IMG/VR virus record: IMGVR_UViG_3300020192_000279
Location: 43,016-107,015 of that record
Direction: 5' to 3' (one strand)
DNA from: a virus
Taxonomy: Duplodnaviria > Caudoviricetes
Length of the DNA: 64,000 nucleotides
Positions 30,779-40,792 of this stretch are shown here, one piece after another. Position numbers and translations under genes: made by a program. The stretch's first letter is position 1. Every line of letters begins with the position of its first letter. A model generated the notes under the pieces. That model did not search any database and was not told the origin of the DNA. It saw only the letters and a program-made list of their open reading frames with translations.

Positions 30779-31504
30779 TCAGTCATTGATCAAACCATAT
30801 TTTTTCAAGACGGAGCGTAGATAGTTTTCAAGGTCATCGAATGAACCATTGTTCTGGTACGTGTTCTCAAACACTTCGTTATCTAGGGCCGTTTCACTTG
30901 CGTGATTATCTTTAAGGCCCGTAGACCTCTCTATTCTAATGATGACGCCGCCCGCCTCTTCTGTCACGCTCTTTTCGTTAGGAAAGCGACAGTCCGTTAT
31001 GATTACTACGTCAGTGCCCCAATCGCGGTTAAATGGAGCTTTAGCCCATACTGGATCGTAAATCGCACGAAAGATGTCAGTACCCATCACTTGAAGCACT
31101 TCACGATTAGTCATGGCACCAGTTCGCGGCAGTAGTTTACCATCAAGTTGGTCAATTTCTATACTATATTTCAAGCGAACGTTGAGAGTGAATCCATCCC
31201 ATAGAATGTGGGAGCGTTCGTTTTTTTGTACGTTAGTGCCGTAGACTCCCGTGGGACGCAAGCCTAAGATGTCAACGCACATATTCTTGAGAGGTTCAGC
31301 GAACGCAGTAAGGACCGCTGTCTTACCTTGCGACTCTAGGACCTGAACAATCATTCCAGCCGCTGTGTCTTTACCAACTTGCTTCTTTCCTGACAGTGCA
31401 ATGAACACTGGAGAGGCATGGGGGGTATTTTTAGTCATATCTTCTAGTCCTACTGTTAGAGTGTCGTGTGGTGTACCATAGTCTACTTCATCAAACCAAT
31501 TCAT
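30779..31504 (-). CDS. Deoxynucleoside monophosphate kinase
   Basis: GKKQVGKDT, FA.PLK, RE.LQ..GTD, D.RF.NE, H.SE. Confidence 0.9.
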   Translation of the reverse strand: MNWFDEVDYGTPHDTLTVGLEDMTKNTPHASPVFIALSGKKQVGKDTAAGMIVQVLESQGKTAVLTAFAEPLKNMCVDILGLRPTGVYGTNVQKNERSHILWDGFTLNVRLKYSIEIDQLDGKLLPRTGAMTNREVLQVMGTDIFRAIYDPVWAKAPFNRDWGTDVVIITDCRFPNEKSVTEEAGGVIIRIERSTGLKDNHASETALDNEVFENTYQNNGSFDDLENYLRSVLKKYGLIND

Positions 31505-31538
31505 GCGTGCATCAATCTTGAAAAAACTGTAGGTGTCT

Positions 31539-32021
31539 CTAGTACTCCCCTAAGATACCCTTCACGACGTACAGGGCGTCTGCGATATTGGTTGTGCGAA
31601 ACTGACAGCATTCGGTGACAAATGCGTGTTCGTGCAAATTGCCAGTCTCTTCAATGATTAAGATGATAGGAATATCTCGGGCATTGGCCCAGCCGACCTC
31701 TACCATTGATCCAATAGAAACTCTTTTCGAGCCAAGTAAATTGAGAATCATGACATCAGTATTGAGACAATAAAACCTGTCACGAGTCACAACACCAGTC
31801 GGCGTACTCATGGCACGCACCGCACACTCAAGTCCAGGTGTGATTTCACAATCAGTTAATACACCTTTGTGATGACGTAGATGCACCGCTGAACTGAGTG
31901 GGCTAATGGCCTTGATGCCTGATTTAGCAAGCTCTTCTTGTGCGTCTTGACGCCATTCTGTAGCTTCGTCATACGTGAGACCACTGATTGGACCAGCCAA
32001 GTATACCGTTTTGTTTACCAT
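31539..32021 (-). CDS. Nucleoside 2-deoxyribosyltransferase-like
   Basis: VYLAGPI, RD......D, S.G...E.GWA. Confidence 0.8.
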   Translation of the reverse strand: MVNKTVYLAGPISGLTYDEATEWRQDAQEELAKSGIKAISPLSSAVHLRHHKGVLTDCEITPGLECAVRAMSTPTGVVTRDRFYCLNTDVMILNLLGSKRVSIGSMVEVGWANARDIPIILIIEETGNLHEHAFVTECCQFRTTNIADALYVVKGILGEY

Positions 32022-32122
32022 TATCGTAGTCTCGTCTTTAAATTATAGGGTTCATAGTGTCAGATCCTTTGTTGAGTCTCGCTACTACTCGGCAACTGTG
32101 TCCGTCATAGACAACGAACAAT

Positions 32123-32350
32123 TTAGTCCATGATTTCGAATTTGAATCCATAGATCATTTCAAGTTCTTTAACGATAGCAGTGAAGTATAGCATGGCAGA
32201 GTCATTACCGGCCTTAACTAGATTGCTTTCAGCAATAGCTAGATTGGATAAGACTAGACCATAGTTACGTAAGCCGTCTGCACCACAAGTCGTCTTAGGT
32301 TTGCCAACTTCTACAATACGCAATGGCTTGCTTTCAAAGTATCTCTTCAT
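32123..32350 (-). CDS. Small hypothetical protein (tandem paralog A)
   Basis: C-terminus nearly identical to next ORF. Confidence 0.55.
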   Translation of the reverse strand: MKRYFESKPLRIVEVGKPKTTCGADGLRNYGLVLSNLAIAESNLVKAGNDSAMLYFTAIVKELEMIYGFKFEIMD

Positions 32351-32360
32351 AGTAGCTTTC

Positions 32361-32558
32361 TTAGTCAATGATTTCGAATTTGAATCCATATACTGTTTCA
32401 AGTTCTTCAACGATAGCAATGAGGTATGGTATGGCAGAGTCATTGCCGGCCCTAACTAGATTGTTTTGAACAATAGCCATATCAATTAAGATACGTGCCT
32501 CTAGACCATAGTTACGAAAGTCATCTTCATCTGCAATACGTAGAAATGTAGTATTCAT
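32361..32558 (-). CDS. Small hypothetical protein (tandem paralog B)
   Basis: RNYGL...NLV.AGNDSA..Y..AIV.ELE..YGFKFEI.D shared. Confidence 0.55.
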   Translation of the reverse strand: MNTTFLRIADEDDFRNYGLEARILIDMAIVQNNLVRAGNDSAIPYLIAIVEELETVYGFKFEIID

Positions 32559-33616
32559 TCTTGCGTGACGGGCTTGCCTTTTTCATCCTTAACCTTTTCA
32601 AGGACAATTTTCCAGATATTGTCTATCATCTTCTTCTTATCTAATAGACCAAAGACAATACCAGTTAAGGTCTTGGGCGTGTTTGCCTGGATCCAGAGAG
32701 CTTGCGTCTTGCGATCTGCATCAGGGATGCGACCGGCAATATCCTCAGTCTCGATACGCAGCTTGTCGTGCATAGTCTGCACGTAAGCACGGATGTCGTC
32801 GAAGTCCTGTCGAATACCATGAGGCAATTCGCGAAGCGTTACGCCGTATTCCTTGCCACGGATAAGCTCGATGACCCCTTTCGGGCTCATGTAATTCAGG
32901 AGTCGGTGGACACGCAGGTAGGCCGGTGATTTGACTTTAACACGACGACCGCTCGCAAAGCGAGCGACGTATCCCTCGTGGTTATCCTCGAAAGGAATGT
33001 CGCCACGTAAGTCCAGATTGTAGCGGCTGGGCCGCTTAAAGCCACACTTCTCTGCGAGTTGATCAACTCGCATGGGGTGCCATTCCGTTCCGCCGTGCTC
33101 GATAACACCGAGTAGACACAGGAACGTCTCGCCCTTGTAATCTACGACGATCCGGTTCTCTGGATAGATAATCTCGAAGATTGGCGTGCAGTCCTTCGGC
33201 AGCAATTGCGTAGGATAGTTAGCATTCAAGATCTGAGTGCCCATCTTTGCCTGATTCGACTCCATGCTACCGGGAGTCGCCAGTGACCACGACACGTCAC
33301 CCGTCAAGAAGTATCCGATACCACATGAGCCGTCCACCTTCTCCGCGATCTCGATCTCTTCATCCCACGGAAGATTCTCCACCATCGTCTCGGAGACCTC
33401 TCCGAGGTTGAAGAACTTCGGAAAGGGGCGAGCCACTACCGTTCCATCGGAACGGAAGATGATACCGCGAGCCTGACGGTTCGTGTCGTTCCAGAGACCC
33501 TGGATGTGGGTGTCCTGGGTGTATTTGAAGATCGCGAGGTCGCCCGTTCGTGAGACGTTGACACGACCTTCGTGTACCTCGCGAAGGAGCTTCTGATAAA
33601 GTATGTAGTCTTTCAC
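32555..33616 (-). CDS. T4 Rnl1-type RNA ligase
   Basis: ARG, RPF.KFFN, EKVDGS, FE.I.P.NRIV, EG.V, KVK. Confidence 0.92.
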   Translation of the reverse strand: MKDYILYQKLLREVHEGRVNVSRTGDLAIFKYTQDTHIQGLWNDTNRQARGIIFRSDGTVVARPFPKFFNLGEVSETMVENLPWDEEIEIAEKVDGSCGIGYFLTGDVSWSLATPGSMESNQAKMGTQILNANYPTQLLPKDCTPIFEIIYPENRIVVDYKGETFLCLLGVIEHGGTEWHPMRVDQLAEKCGFKRPSRYNLDLRGDIPFEDNHEGYVARFASGRRVKVKSPAYLRVHRLLNYMSPKGVIELIRGKEYGVTLRELPHGIRQDFDDIRAYVQTMHDKLRIETEDIAGRIPDADRKTQALWIQANTPKTLTGIVFGLLDKKKMIDNIWKIVLEKVKDEKGKPVTQE

Positions 33617-34845
33617 GCTAGTGCCTTTACTCGTGCCTGCTCCATCTTTTGCTTAATGGCTTCGCCATTTCGTAAATTAGCGAACTGATCGCCCTTCACG
33701 CTGCGGAATCTATCCGCAGCGTCTAGCACAGCTTGACGCTGCGGATAGGGCTTGTCATGAAAGTCGGGTCCACGCCCTTGAGCGTCTGCCTGCGAAGCAA
33801 GCGTAACGCATTCAATTAGCGTGTTGCCGTGAGCGGCCCCTAGTCGATCAAGGAGTCGTACCTTTGTCGTAGACCTCAAGGAATCGAAACGATGGATATT
33901 CAGGTGCTCTCGTGACGTAGCTACACCAACATCTCTGAGTGCGTTGGGCACCTTTAAACGATCACAGAATTTATGTACCAATGGTATACCCAACGCCTCA
34001 TGATTGTAATGGTGCGGTAGGTTATCGTCGTCAGTCACAGCCTTTCCTAGGTCGTGGACCAATGCAGCAAACATCGTGGCGTCATCCGCCCCGAGTTCGC
34101 GTGCTCGATCCACGACTAGAAGCGTGTGAACGAATGCGTCACCCTCCGGGTGATGCTTCTCTGGTTGGACTCGTCCAGCCAGAGCAGCGATTTCTGGGAA
34201 CACTTCTGCCAAACATTGGAAGTCTCGAAGTGCCTTAAAGAATGCACTCGGCTTGGCCGAACGTAACGCCTTCATAAGCTCCTCAAAAACACGCTCGCCA
34301 GCGAGCGTGGGAAGCTCGAAACGCAAGAATTGGCACATATTCACAAGCTCTTGCGTAGGCTGGAGTCCGAGTTGGGCTGCAAACCTTGCAGCACGCAACA
34401 CACGTAACGGATCCTCAACGAAGTGCTCGCTGACGGGAATCAATCTTTTTTCAGCAATTGCCTTACGACCACCGAACGGGTCGATAATCTCACCCGTGAA
34501 CGGTTCCATAGCCATAGCATTAATCGTCAAGTCACGACGGAACAAATCTTGTTCAATCGTGATGCCGCCCGTATCACAGACGAATCCCGTGTGACCAGCA
34601 CTGACCTTGCGTTCCGTACGAGCTAGGGCAATTTCGATACCCGCAACGATAACGATAGGAAAATCCTTACCTACGGCATCGCCTTCTGGAAAGGCTGCAA
34701 GCAACTGCGGCATCGTCAGGCCAATGACGCAGATGTCCACGTCATTCGACTCGCGACCCATTACGTGATCGCGGACGGCCCCACCAACCACAAAGGGGTG
34801 GCCACCAACCGCTTGAATGCGGCGGCAAAGCTCAAGATGTTCCAT
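33613..34845 (-). CDS. cca: CCA-adding tRNA nucleotidyltransferase with HD domain
   Basis: VGGAVRD, D.D, RRDLTINA, EDPLRVLRAARF, HHPEGD, HDLGK. Confidence 0.93.
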   Translation of the reverse strand: MEHLELCRRIQAVGGHPFVVGGAVRDHVMGRESNDVDICVIGLTMPQLLAAFPEGDAVGKDFPIVIVAGIEIALARTERKVSAGHTGFVCDTGGITIEQDLFRRDLTINAMAMEPFTGEIIDPFGGRKAIAEKRLIPVSEHFVEDPLRVLRAARFAAQLGLQPTQELVNMCQFLRFELPTLAGERVFEELMKALRSAKPSAFFKALRDFQCLAEVFPEIAALAGRVQPEKHHPEGDAFVHTLLVVDRARELGADDATMFAALVHDLGKAVTDDDNLPHHYNHEALGIPLVHKFCDRLKVPNALRDVGVATSREHLNIHRFDSLRSTTKVRLLDRLGAAHGNTLIECVTLASQADAQGRGPDFHDKPYPQRQAVLDAADRFRSVKGDQFANLRNGEAIKQKMEQARVKALA

Positions 34846-34858
34846 GTCTCAATATACC

Positions 34859-35287
34859 TTACGTCGTGGGCGTAGTCAACTTCTTTCGCAGATTCATGAG
34901 AGCCTTACCCAGAAAATTACTTCCCTTGCCGTTGCAGACTCCCCAAAACGTATCGCCCCAGGTATTACCTTCGATCAATTCGGCATCGCCAGTGGCGACA
35001 AGAGCGTCCTTAAGCACTTCTTCTGAAAATTTACTTACAAGTATATCTTCCATTACAACGATCTTGTTCCAATTGGGACGTAATACCAGTGCTCTGCCAA
35101 GGTGTTTAGAGAGGCTTGCATCCATTAAAGGTTGTGTAAATGCTCGCCTTGCTTCCATGTTCAGGGTCTTGGCGGCTTGAAAAGCATGTTCGCTAGAAGG
35201 ATAAATTAGTCCCTCATAACCTACATTACATCTGTAGAAATTACTCAGGAAGGCGTATTCGCCACGAAATTGTTCAATTCTTTTCAT
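34859..35287 (-). CDS. NADAR family protein
   Basis: FLSNFY, EH.FQA.K, LIEGN.W.D.FWG, G.N.LG..LM. Confidence 0.92.
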   Translation of the reverse strand: MKRIEQFRGEYAFLSNFYRCNVGYEGLIYPSSEHAFQAAKTLNMEARRAFTQPLMDASLSKHLGRALVLRPNWNKIVVMEDILVSKFSEEVLKDALVATGDAELIEGNTWGDTFWGVCNGKGSNFLGKALMNLRKKLTTPTT

Positions 35288-35565
35288 AACGACTACACTC
35301 CGTAACGACATTAAAGACGAGCGGTGATACAATCGACTGACCGGGCTGCGAACGCCAGAAACATACCGATCGCACCTTCTGGAGATCAACCGAGATTTGG
35401 GAAAAGCCGGGACTTTCTGCATTGTCACCGTCGAATGTATTGCCCTGTATCACTTCTGGCTGCATGAAAGTTTGCACCTCGTGATCCTGCAACGTCATGC
35501 CATGTCGGCACGTCCAGCACCGACTTTGTTGGGGTGTCAGCGGCGTGTCTTCTTCATCTTCATGC
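35274..35565 (-). CDS. Hypothetical Cys-containing protein
   Basis: CWTC...C...C. Confidence 0.45.
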
Positions 35566-35976
35566 ATATTCTTGTTCACTTTCAAGCGGTTGATACTTGT
35601 TGATTTGCCTTTGAACAATCTCTTTGGTTACACCATGAGTGTTTCGGGACGCGAATAGTTTGGCGTCCCACGGACCCTTGATTCGATAAATTGTGACTTC
35701 GTAATCAAATTCCTTAGCTATTTGAAGGTACGGAGTTAATTCCCAGCGAGTCATGCTCGTGTTCGACACGACCACCAGTTCTTTTTCGCTACTGACAGCT
35801 TCACGAACACGACGTTGACAGTCAGCGTGAGCTTGACTCAGCTTATTGGCCTCAAAAACGTACGTGCCGCTCTGCATAAAGAATTCGTCTGCCTCAAAGT
35901 GGAGACCTCCGAGTGCTTTAGCGGCGGTGGACTTGCCCGAGCCACTCGGCCCACGAAAGATGATGAGCTTCTTCAT
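35560..35976 (-). CDS. AAA_33/polynucleotide-kinase-like P-loop protein
   Basis: RGPSGSGKST, AH..C, SNT, RN.HGV. Confidence 0.85.
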   Translation of the reverse strand: MKKLIIFRGPSGSGKSTAAKALGGLHFEADEFFMQSGTYVFEANKLSQAHADCQRRVREAVSSEKELVVVSNTSMTRWELTPYLQIAKEFDYEVTIYRIKGPWDAKLFASRNTHGVTKEIVQRQINKYQPLESEQEYA

Positions 35977-35990
35977 TGCTTTACCATACA

Positions 35991-36023
35991 ACAGGGGCAC
36001 GCTCTTGTCAAGCGTGCCCCTGT
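35991..36023 (-). promoter_or_regulatory. 13-bp hairpin with -35 box in its loop; promoter TTGACA-N17-TATGGT
   Basis: ACAGGGGCACGCT-TGACAAG-AGCGTGCCCCTGT. Confidence 0.7.
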
Positions 36024-36042
36024 GAAAACTTGATCTAAAGGA

Positions 36043-36420
36043 TCAGAACAGCTTGCCTTCGCTCGTAGCTGCCTCAACTTCTACAGGAGGTGCGTCGCTC
36101 TTTTGTCCACCACTGACGAAGCTGAATCCGCTGAAGTTGTCGAGAATCACTTCAAGCTTGGAACGCTTCTCGCCTTCCTTAGTTTCCCAGCGGTTCTGAC
36201 GAATAGAGCCCTTTACGATGATCTGTTTACCCTTCGTGAAGTGAGCCTTGATCGTCTCAACTTGCTTACCAAAGGCTACACAATCAACGAATGCCGTTTC
36301 CTTGTTTTCACCAAATCCGTTGTTCACGGCGACGGTAAAACGAGCCACGTTCTTTTCTTGACCGACGATCTCAGGATCAGCCGTCAAATTACCCTGCAAA
36401 ATCACTACGTTCAAATTCAT
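36043..36420 (-). CDS. ssb: Single-stranded DNA-binding protein
   Basis: N.V.L.GNLT.DPE, F.VAVN, F.DCVAFGK, KG..I.V.G. Confidence 0.93.
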   Translation of the reverse strand: MNLNVVILQGNLTADPEIVGQEKNVARFTVAVNNGFGENKETAFVDCVAFGKQVETIKAHFTKGKQIIVKGSIRQNRWETKEGEKRSKLEVILDNFSGFSFVSGGQKSDAPPVEVEAATSEGKLF

Positions 36421-36782
36421 ACTACTATTTCCTTGGCTGCGATAGCAGCGATAACTTCTTGTAATGCCTGCTCACGAGTGAGCGTGCCATCCTTGTGTCG
36501 TTGATATTGTTCACGACTCATGCGAAATCTACGGACCACGCCCGTAGCCGCCTGTACTCTTTCCGAGAAATTTGCGATGGTCAATCCATTTTCAAGATAG
36601 ACCGAATCAGGAACCTCAGGCTTTCTAGGCTTAAGCTTCTCGGCTCCACCAGCCGCAATAAACTCAGCAAATGCCTGTTCTCGTGTCAACGTACTAGCTT
36701 CGATACGTGCGAACTGTTCGTTGCTAACACGAAAACGGAACCCCGTCTTTTCGTGAAAGTTTTCTAGCGTTAGATCATTCAT
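36417..36782 (-). CDS. Hypothetical protein with internal duplication
   Basis: LT..NF.E...RFR.S.EQ....TLTREQA occurs twice. Confidence 0.6.
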   Translation of the reverse strand: MNDLTLENFHEKTGFRFRVSNEQFARIEASTLTREQAFAEFIAAGGAEKLKPRKPEVPDSVYLENGLTIANFSERVQAATGVVRRFRMSREQYQRHKDGTLTREQALQEVIAAIAAKEIVV

Positions 36783-36893
36783 GTTGTGCCTCCATGTAAC
36801 TATTATGACAGATTGGGTTTCTAGCGTCTATCTGAAATTCGAATTCGTAGGAAAGGTGATTATAGTCTAAACTTACTCAGGGCATTGAGTGTT

Positions 36894-37982
36894 TCACAGA
36901 TCCTTAGAATCACGGAATACGATACCTACAGGGAAACGGGGAATACCGTCGTCCGTGAGGTCGAAGTAGCGGACGGTGAGCTTCTTACCGATGTACTTTT
37001 TGCGTTCCGCATAAAAGCGGCGACGTTCGTCCATGGTAACCTTCATCGTGCATTCGAAAAGTCCACCATTACTTTGACAGGTCCACACGACGCACGCTGT
37101 CATCTTGCCACGACCGTCACGAGCATCGACAACGAGGAATTCGGCATCTTGGAATTCCTTTACCTTTAGAAGCTCAGAAGAGCGATGTCCCCAAAGGTAT
37201 TGTCCATGACCAAGACGTAGAATTGCACCTTCATAGCCCTCTTGGACGAATTGACCGTACAGAGTCATTAGCTCTGTGTGTGATGCGACTTTAAAAGTAG
37301 GTACACGTTTGACATTTTTGAATTCCGCGATCGAATTCAGCTTGAGTGTACGTTCTTCAAAAGTGAGTGTTTCATCGCCTTCGTCACAAACCGGCACGTC
37401 ATAGACGTTGTAGATAATCTGCTCACTGCCGGGCTTCCACTTTTTGACGAGCGAAGTCACCGTTTGGCATGATAGGCCATGATAGTAAAGCTCGCCATCA
37501 AGAACCATGTCGCGGGGCAACCATTTTTCAAGCTGCTCTTGAATGGGCGGCATCTTGTATGGCTTACCCGATCGCGAGGTCAAAGCGACCTTATTGCCTT
37601 CCCATTCAGCTAAACAGCGAACGCCATCTAGCTTGGGTTGCACGAAAGCTGGGAAAGAGACATTCTTCTTCTTATCCTCGTACTTATGAGCTAACATCGG
37701 AAGGCGTAGCTCCTCCTGAGCCCCTTCCTTCGTCTCACTGTACTTTCTCTCGACTTTAAAGGTCCAGAGTGATTGAGCCTCCGCCTCGGCTTGTGCATCA
37801 GGCGTCGTGGCGTTCGAACGTCCTACGTTCTTCGAGATAGCCTTTTTCAAGCTTTGTTGAAGCTTACCGCCAACCTGACCATACTCGGTCATGATCGTGT
37901 CGCCTTTGGCCCAAACTCGCCATTGACGGAGATCTCCGCCCTTGGCTTTGTGATAAAGGACAGGAAGTTTCATATCCATCAA
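36894..37982 (-). CDS. ATP-dependent DNA ligase with N-terminal WGR-like domain
   Basis: PMLA, QPKLDGVRC, LDGELY, EG.ILR, LLKVK, PRFP. Confidence 0.92.
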   Translation of the reverse strand: MMDMKLPVLYHKAKGGDLRQWRVWAKGDTIMTEYGQVGGKLQQSLKKAISKNVGRSNATTPDAQAEAEAQSLWTFKVERKYSETKEGAQEELRLPMLAHKYEDKKKNVSFPAFVQPKLDGVRCLAEWEGNKVALTSRSGKPYKMPPIQEQLEKWLPRDMVLDGELYYHGLSCQTVTSLVKKWKPGSEQIIYNVYDVPVCDEGDETLTFEERTLKLNSIAEFKNVKRVPTFKVASHTELMTLYGQFVQEGYEGAILRLGHGQYLWGHRSSELLKVKEFQDAEFLVVDARDGRGKMTACVVWTCQSNGGLFECTMKVTMDERRRFYAERKKYIGKKLTVRYFDLTDDGIPRFPVGIVFRDSKDL

Positions 37983-39067
37983 TGACGCTCGGTTCCGCCC
38001 TTACGGGTCAGGTAATCATGACTAATGACTTTGAAAATACGACGCTTCGGATGCGGGTCAAGATCTCCCTTACCCCAAGTCTCTTCGTCCATTGGACGGA
38101 CAACTATACCCTCTTTGATTTGACCGGGCGACAATACACTGTCGCCTTCCGCTAGTTCACACAATTCCTTGAAAGTGTAAACAGTAGGGTTTATGTGCGG
38201 GACGATCGGTAATTCGCATTGAACGCAGATTTCCTTGACGTACGCCCAAGGCAAGTAAGTGCCGTTGATCGCGATGTCGAAAATACGCCACGCCTTTTCT
38301 TTGCCGTAAGTCAAATCCTGTACGCCAGGACCGAAGATCTCGCCGAAGACGAGAATGGAGTCGATGAGCACGTGACCATCGGCGTGTCCTGGTACGCTCG
38401 TGGTTGTCAGGATATCGTACAAGGTATTCAGGCCCTTATCGTAAAGCTCGAAAGGTAGACCGTAAACTCCGGCCTGCTCAATCTTACGTTGCGTGCGGTG
38501 AGTACCAGCAACCTTTTCAAGGTAGTCATTGCCTATCTCGTTCGAGGAACGAACACAGCCCACGCGGCTATTCGTGCCATGAATCTTTTCCGTCAGAATC
38601 AACGGTGCTCCGTAATTCAATTGATCCGGGAAGTTGCGAAGATTCTGAATATCCGTGTACGTATGGAAGAGCGGATGATTGCGGACCATCTGTCCCAGCG
38701 ACGTACTTTCAGGCTCTTCGTATTTTTCAATGCCAAGATATTCGGCCAGATTCGTTCCAATAGGATCATCACCCGGCACAGGAGCGAGGAAGCCAAAACT
38801 AGGAGCACCGCGTAGCTTCACAGCCTTGACGCGACCCTTAGTGGCGTCTTTCTTCCACGAAAGATAGTCGCGTACACCCCAGGCAATAGCCCAGTCCTTT
38901 GGCACCATAACATCGGGCGGAACGTGGACAGCTAGCTGACCGACAACATAATTGCCCTTGCCAGAGACAATCTGCCAACCACCAACTTTCACAATTTCAA
39001 GCTTATCCGCATTAGGATGCGGATGTACTTCGTCAATCTTTACAACAAGTACAAGAAGATCACTCAT
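37979..39067 (-). CDS. RNA ligase, DRB0094 family
   Basis: HPNADKLE, KLRG..S.G, TEKIHGTN, FGEIFG, EG.V, K.IS..YL. Confidence 0.9.
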   Translation of the reverse strand: MSDLLVLVVKIDEVHPHPNADKLEIVKVGGWQIVSGKGNYVVGQLAVHVPPDVMVPKDWAIAWGVRDYLSWKKDATKGRVKAVKLRGAPSFGFLAPVPGDDPIGTNLAEYLGIEKYEEPESTSLGQMVRNHPLFHTYTDIQNLRNFPDQLNYGAPLILTEKIHGTNSRVGCVRSSNEIGNDYLEKVAGTHRTQRKIEQAGVYGLPFELYDKGLNTLYDILTTTSVPGHADGHVLIDSILVFGEIFGPGVQDLTYGKEKAWRIFDIAINGTYLPWAYVKEICVQCELPIVPHINPTVYTFKELCELAEGDSVLSPGQIKEGIVVRPMDEETWGKGDLDPHPKRRIFKVISHDYLTRKGGTERH

Positions 39068-39836
39068 GGTTAAGCCGGGCTCGGATTTCAGCGAGCGTAG
39101 TTGTGTTGTATTGCATGCCGTTTGAGTAAACAAGTTGGAAGGCACAGGAGTTGACCTGTTCCCACGAAGCTTCCTGTCGCATCACAAATGACTTGCCGAA
39201 ATCGGCTTCGTAGACAGCGATCAGTCCCTTGGCAGACTTCTTGCTGAAAGCCCCCTTGTTTGTCTTGGGGTCTTTGAAAATGGCTCGTTCCTCGCCGTTA
39301 ACCACACCGAAGGTAGCCTTCATCGCGAAACCAAATGTGTCGCGAGTTACATACTGATATGTGTAGCTGCCGATACCAGCGACCCAATTTACGCTTGCGA
39401 AGCCCTTAGCCTTAAGCTCTTGATTGATCTTTCTTGCCAAAGGCAAGGTGATGCTGTCGCCGTAGATTAGACCGATGTGCGGATCCAATTCCTTGAAGCC
39501 TGCGGCATTCGTGACGCCGCCAAAAAGCTCCCAAAGTACTTCAACAGATCCCTTGAATTCCGGGCTGCTGGGTGCGGCGTCAGGGTCTCCGCAAATGATC
39601 TCCAATGGCGTCTTGGGACTTGAGTCCGGTCGAATCACCAACTTGCCATTTCGGGCCATGATTTCCTCCCGCAATTGCGGGAGGATGGTAGTTAGAACAC
39701 CCCAGTAGTCCCAAGTGTCTGATACGACACTAACGATGCCTGTAGGGTAGACACTAAGTAGACGCTTGAAATACTCTAATTCGCCATAAAAGAGTTTTTC
39801 GTGTTCGTTAAGAGTGCGAATTCGTTTTCGAGTCAT
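39060..39836 (-). CDS. NAMPT/Namat, C-terminal half
   Basis: YPTGIVSVVSDTWD, VIRPDS, IYGDSIT, GIGSYTYQY.TRDT, KDPKT, KKSAKG. Confidence 0.9.
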   Translation of the reverse strand: MTRKRIRTLNEHEKLFYGELEYFKRLLSVYPTGIVSVVSDTWDYWGVLTTILPQLREEIMARNGKLVIRPDSSPKTPLEIICGDPDAAPSSPEFKGSVEVLWELFGGVTNAAGFKELDPHIGLIYGDSITLPLARKINQELKAKGFASVNWVAGIGSYTYQYVTRDTFGFAMKATFGVVNGEERAIFKDPKTNKGAFSKKSAKGLIAVYEADFGKSFVMRQEASWEQVNSCAFQLVYSNGMQYNTTTLAEIRARLNHE

Positions 39837-39847
39837 GGTAATGTATT

Positions 39848-39876
39848 AGTATACAACGGAGTGTTCGGAATGTCAA
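39848..39876 (-). promoter_or_regulatory. Sigma70-type promoter dedicated to the C-terminal NAMPT half
   Basis: TTGACA-N17-TATACT in the 55-bp gap. Confidence 0.8.
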
Positions 39877-39891
39877 GCAAAAGATAACTTA

Positions 39892-40725
39892 TCAAGGAAG
39901 CGATCTAATGAACTTCCAAGTTTGTGACGCTTCATTCCACTCTTCTTCTACAGAAGTGATGATGGCTGCCCTATCCATTGATACTAAAGAGGCGACAGAA
40001 TGTTCGGTTGCCGCCACGCTACATCCGACAAGCTCTTTGTCGGAGTCGGCACCGTAATACTGTTCAAGGAAGTCAATCGCTGGAACGGTGTCCGATCCGA
40101 CAAAGGACAGAAGGTGAGCCGCACCACTCGTGCAGGCAGCTTCGATACCGGGCATGCCACGGAACGAGAAGTCGTGACCTTGAAAGGAAGTAAAACCAAC
40201 GTCAGCTCCGGTCTCTTTCGCCGCTCGCACAAATTCCTTCTTGTATTCTGCCGCGATCGTGGCTGACGTGCAGGGTTGCCAGAGCGTCGCAGACAGAATC
40301 GTTTCGAGGTAATTCGGGAGCCAGAAGCCGCTCGGGTGCGTGTTGTGAATGACTACCGGAGGTACCCCAATCGGAACTCGACTACCTTCTGGTAGTGCGA
40401 GAATTCGAACCGGCAGATATCCCAGGGCGTGCAACGCCCTGATGTGATCCATCGGGACGGTATCCTTGCCAAGAGCATTGTCTACACGACGCTTGTACCT
40501 CGCGACCACTTCTTCAACAGGTCGCGAGAAGAAGTTGACATTCCACTCGTGAGCAAGAAATCTTTGAATGAAGTATTGAAGGCCAAAAAATACCACGGAT
40601 TCCACTCCGTCGATCCGTGAGGATCGCGGGGTGAAGTTCGAGAAAACGAGGCTCGTGCCCTCGGGGTATTGGCGACGGTGGTCGGCCTTGTACCAGTCGA
40701 TACTATGAAGCGGATGAGTATTCAT
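39892..40725 (-). CDS. NAMPT/Namat, N-terminal half
   Basis: D.YK..H..QYP, FTPR, FFGLQ, LPEG, HDFS.RG, HL.SF.GSD, ATEHSV. Confidence 0.9.
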   Translation of the reverse strand: MNTHPLHSIDWYKADHRRQYPEGTSLVFSNFTPRSSRIDGVESVVFFGLQYFIQRFLAHEWNVNFFSRPVEEVVARYKRRVDNALGKDTVPMDHIRALHALGYLPVRILALPEGSRVPIGVPPVVIHNTHPSGFWLPNYLETILSATLWQPCTSATIAAEYKKEFVRAAKETGADVGFTSFQGHDFSFRGMPGIEAACTSGAAHLLSFVGSDTVPAIDFLEQYYGADSDKELVGCSVAATEHSVASLVSMDRAAIITSVEEEWNEASQTWKFIRSLP

Positions 40726-40792
40726 TGGGAGATGTAGTCATTAAAAGATGCACAGATCATGAACAATATTACAGGAAGACAAAACAACATGT

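Noticed and set aside
39837-39960. Split intein or intron in NAMPT
   Set aside because: No Cys/Ser start or HN end, and the gap is only 55 bp and filled by a promoter
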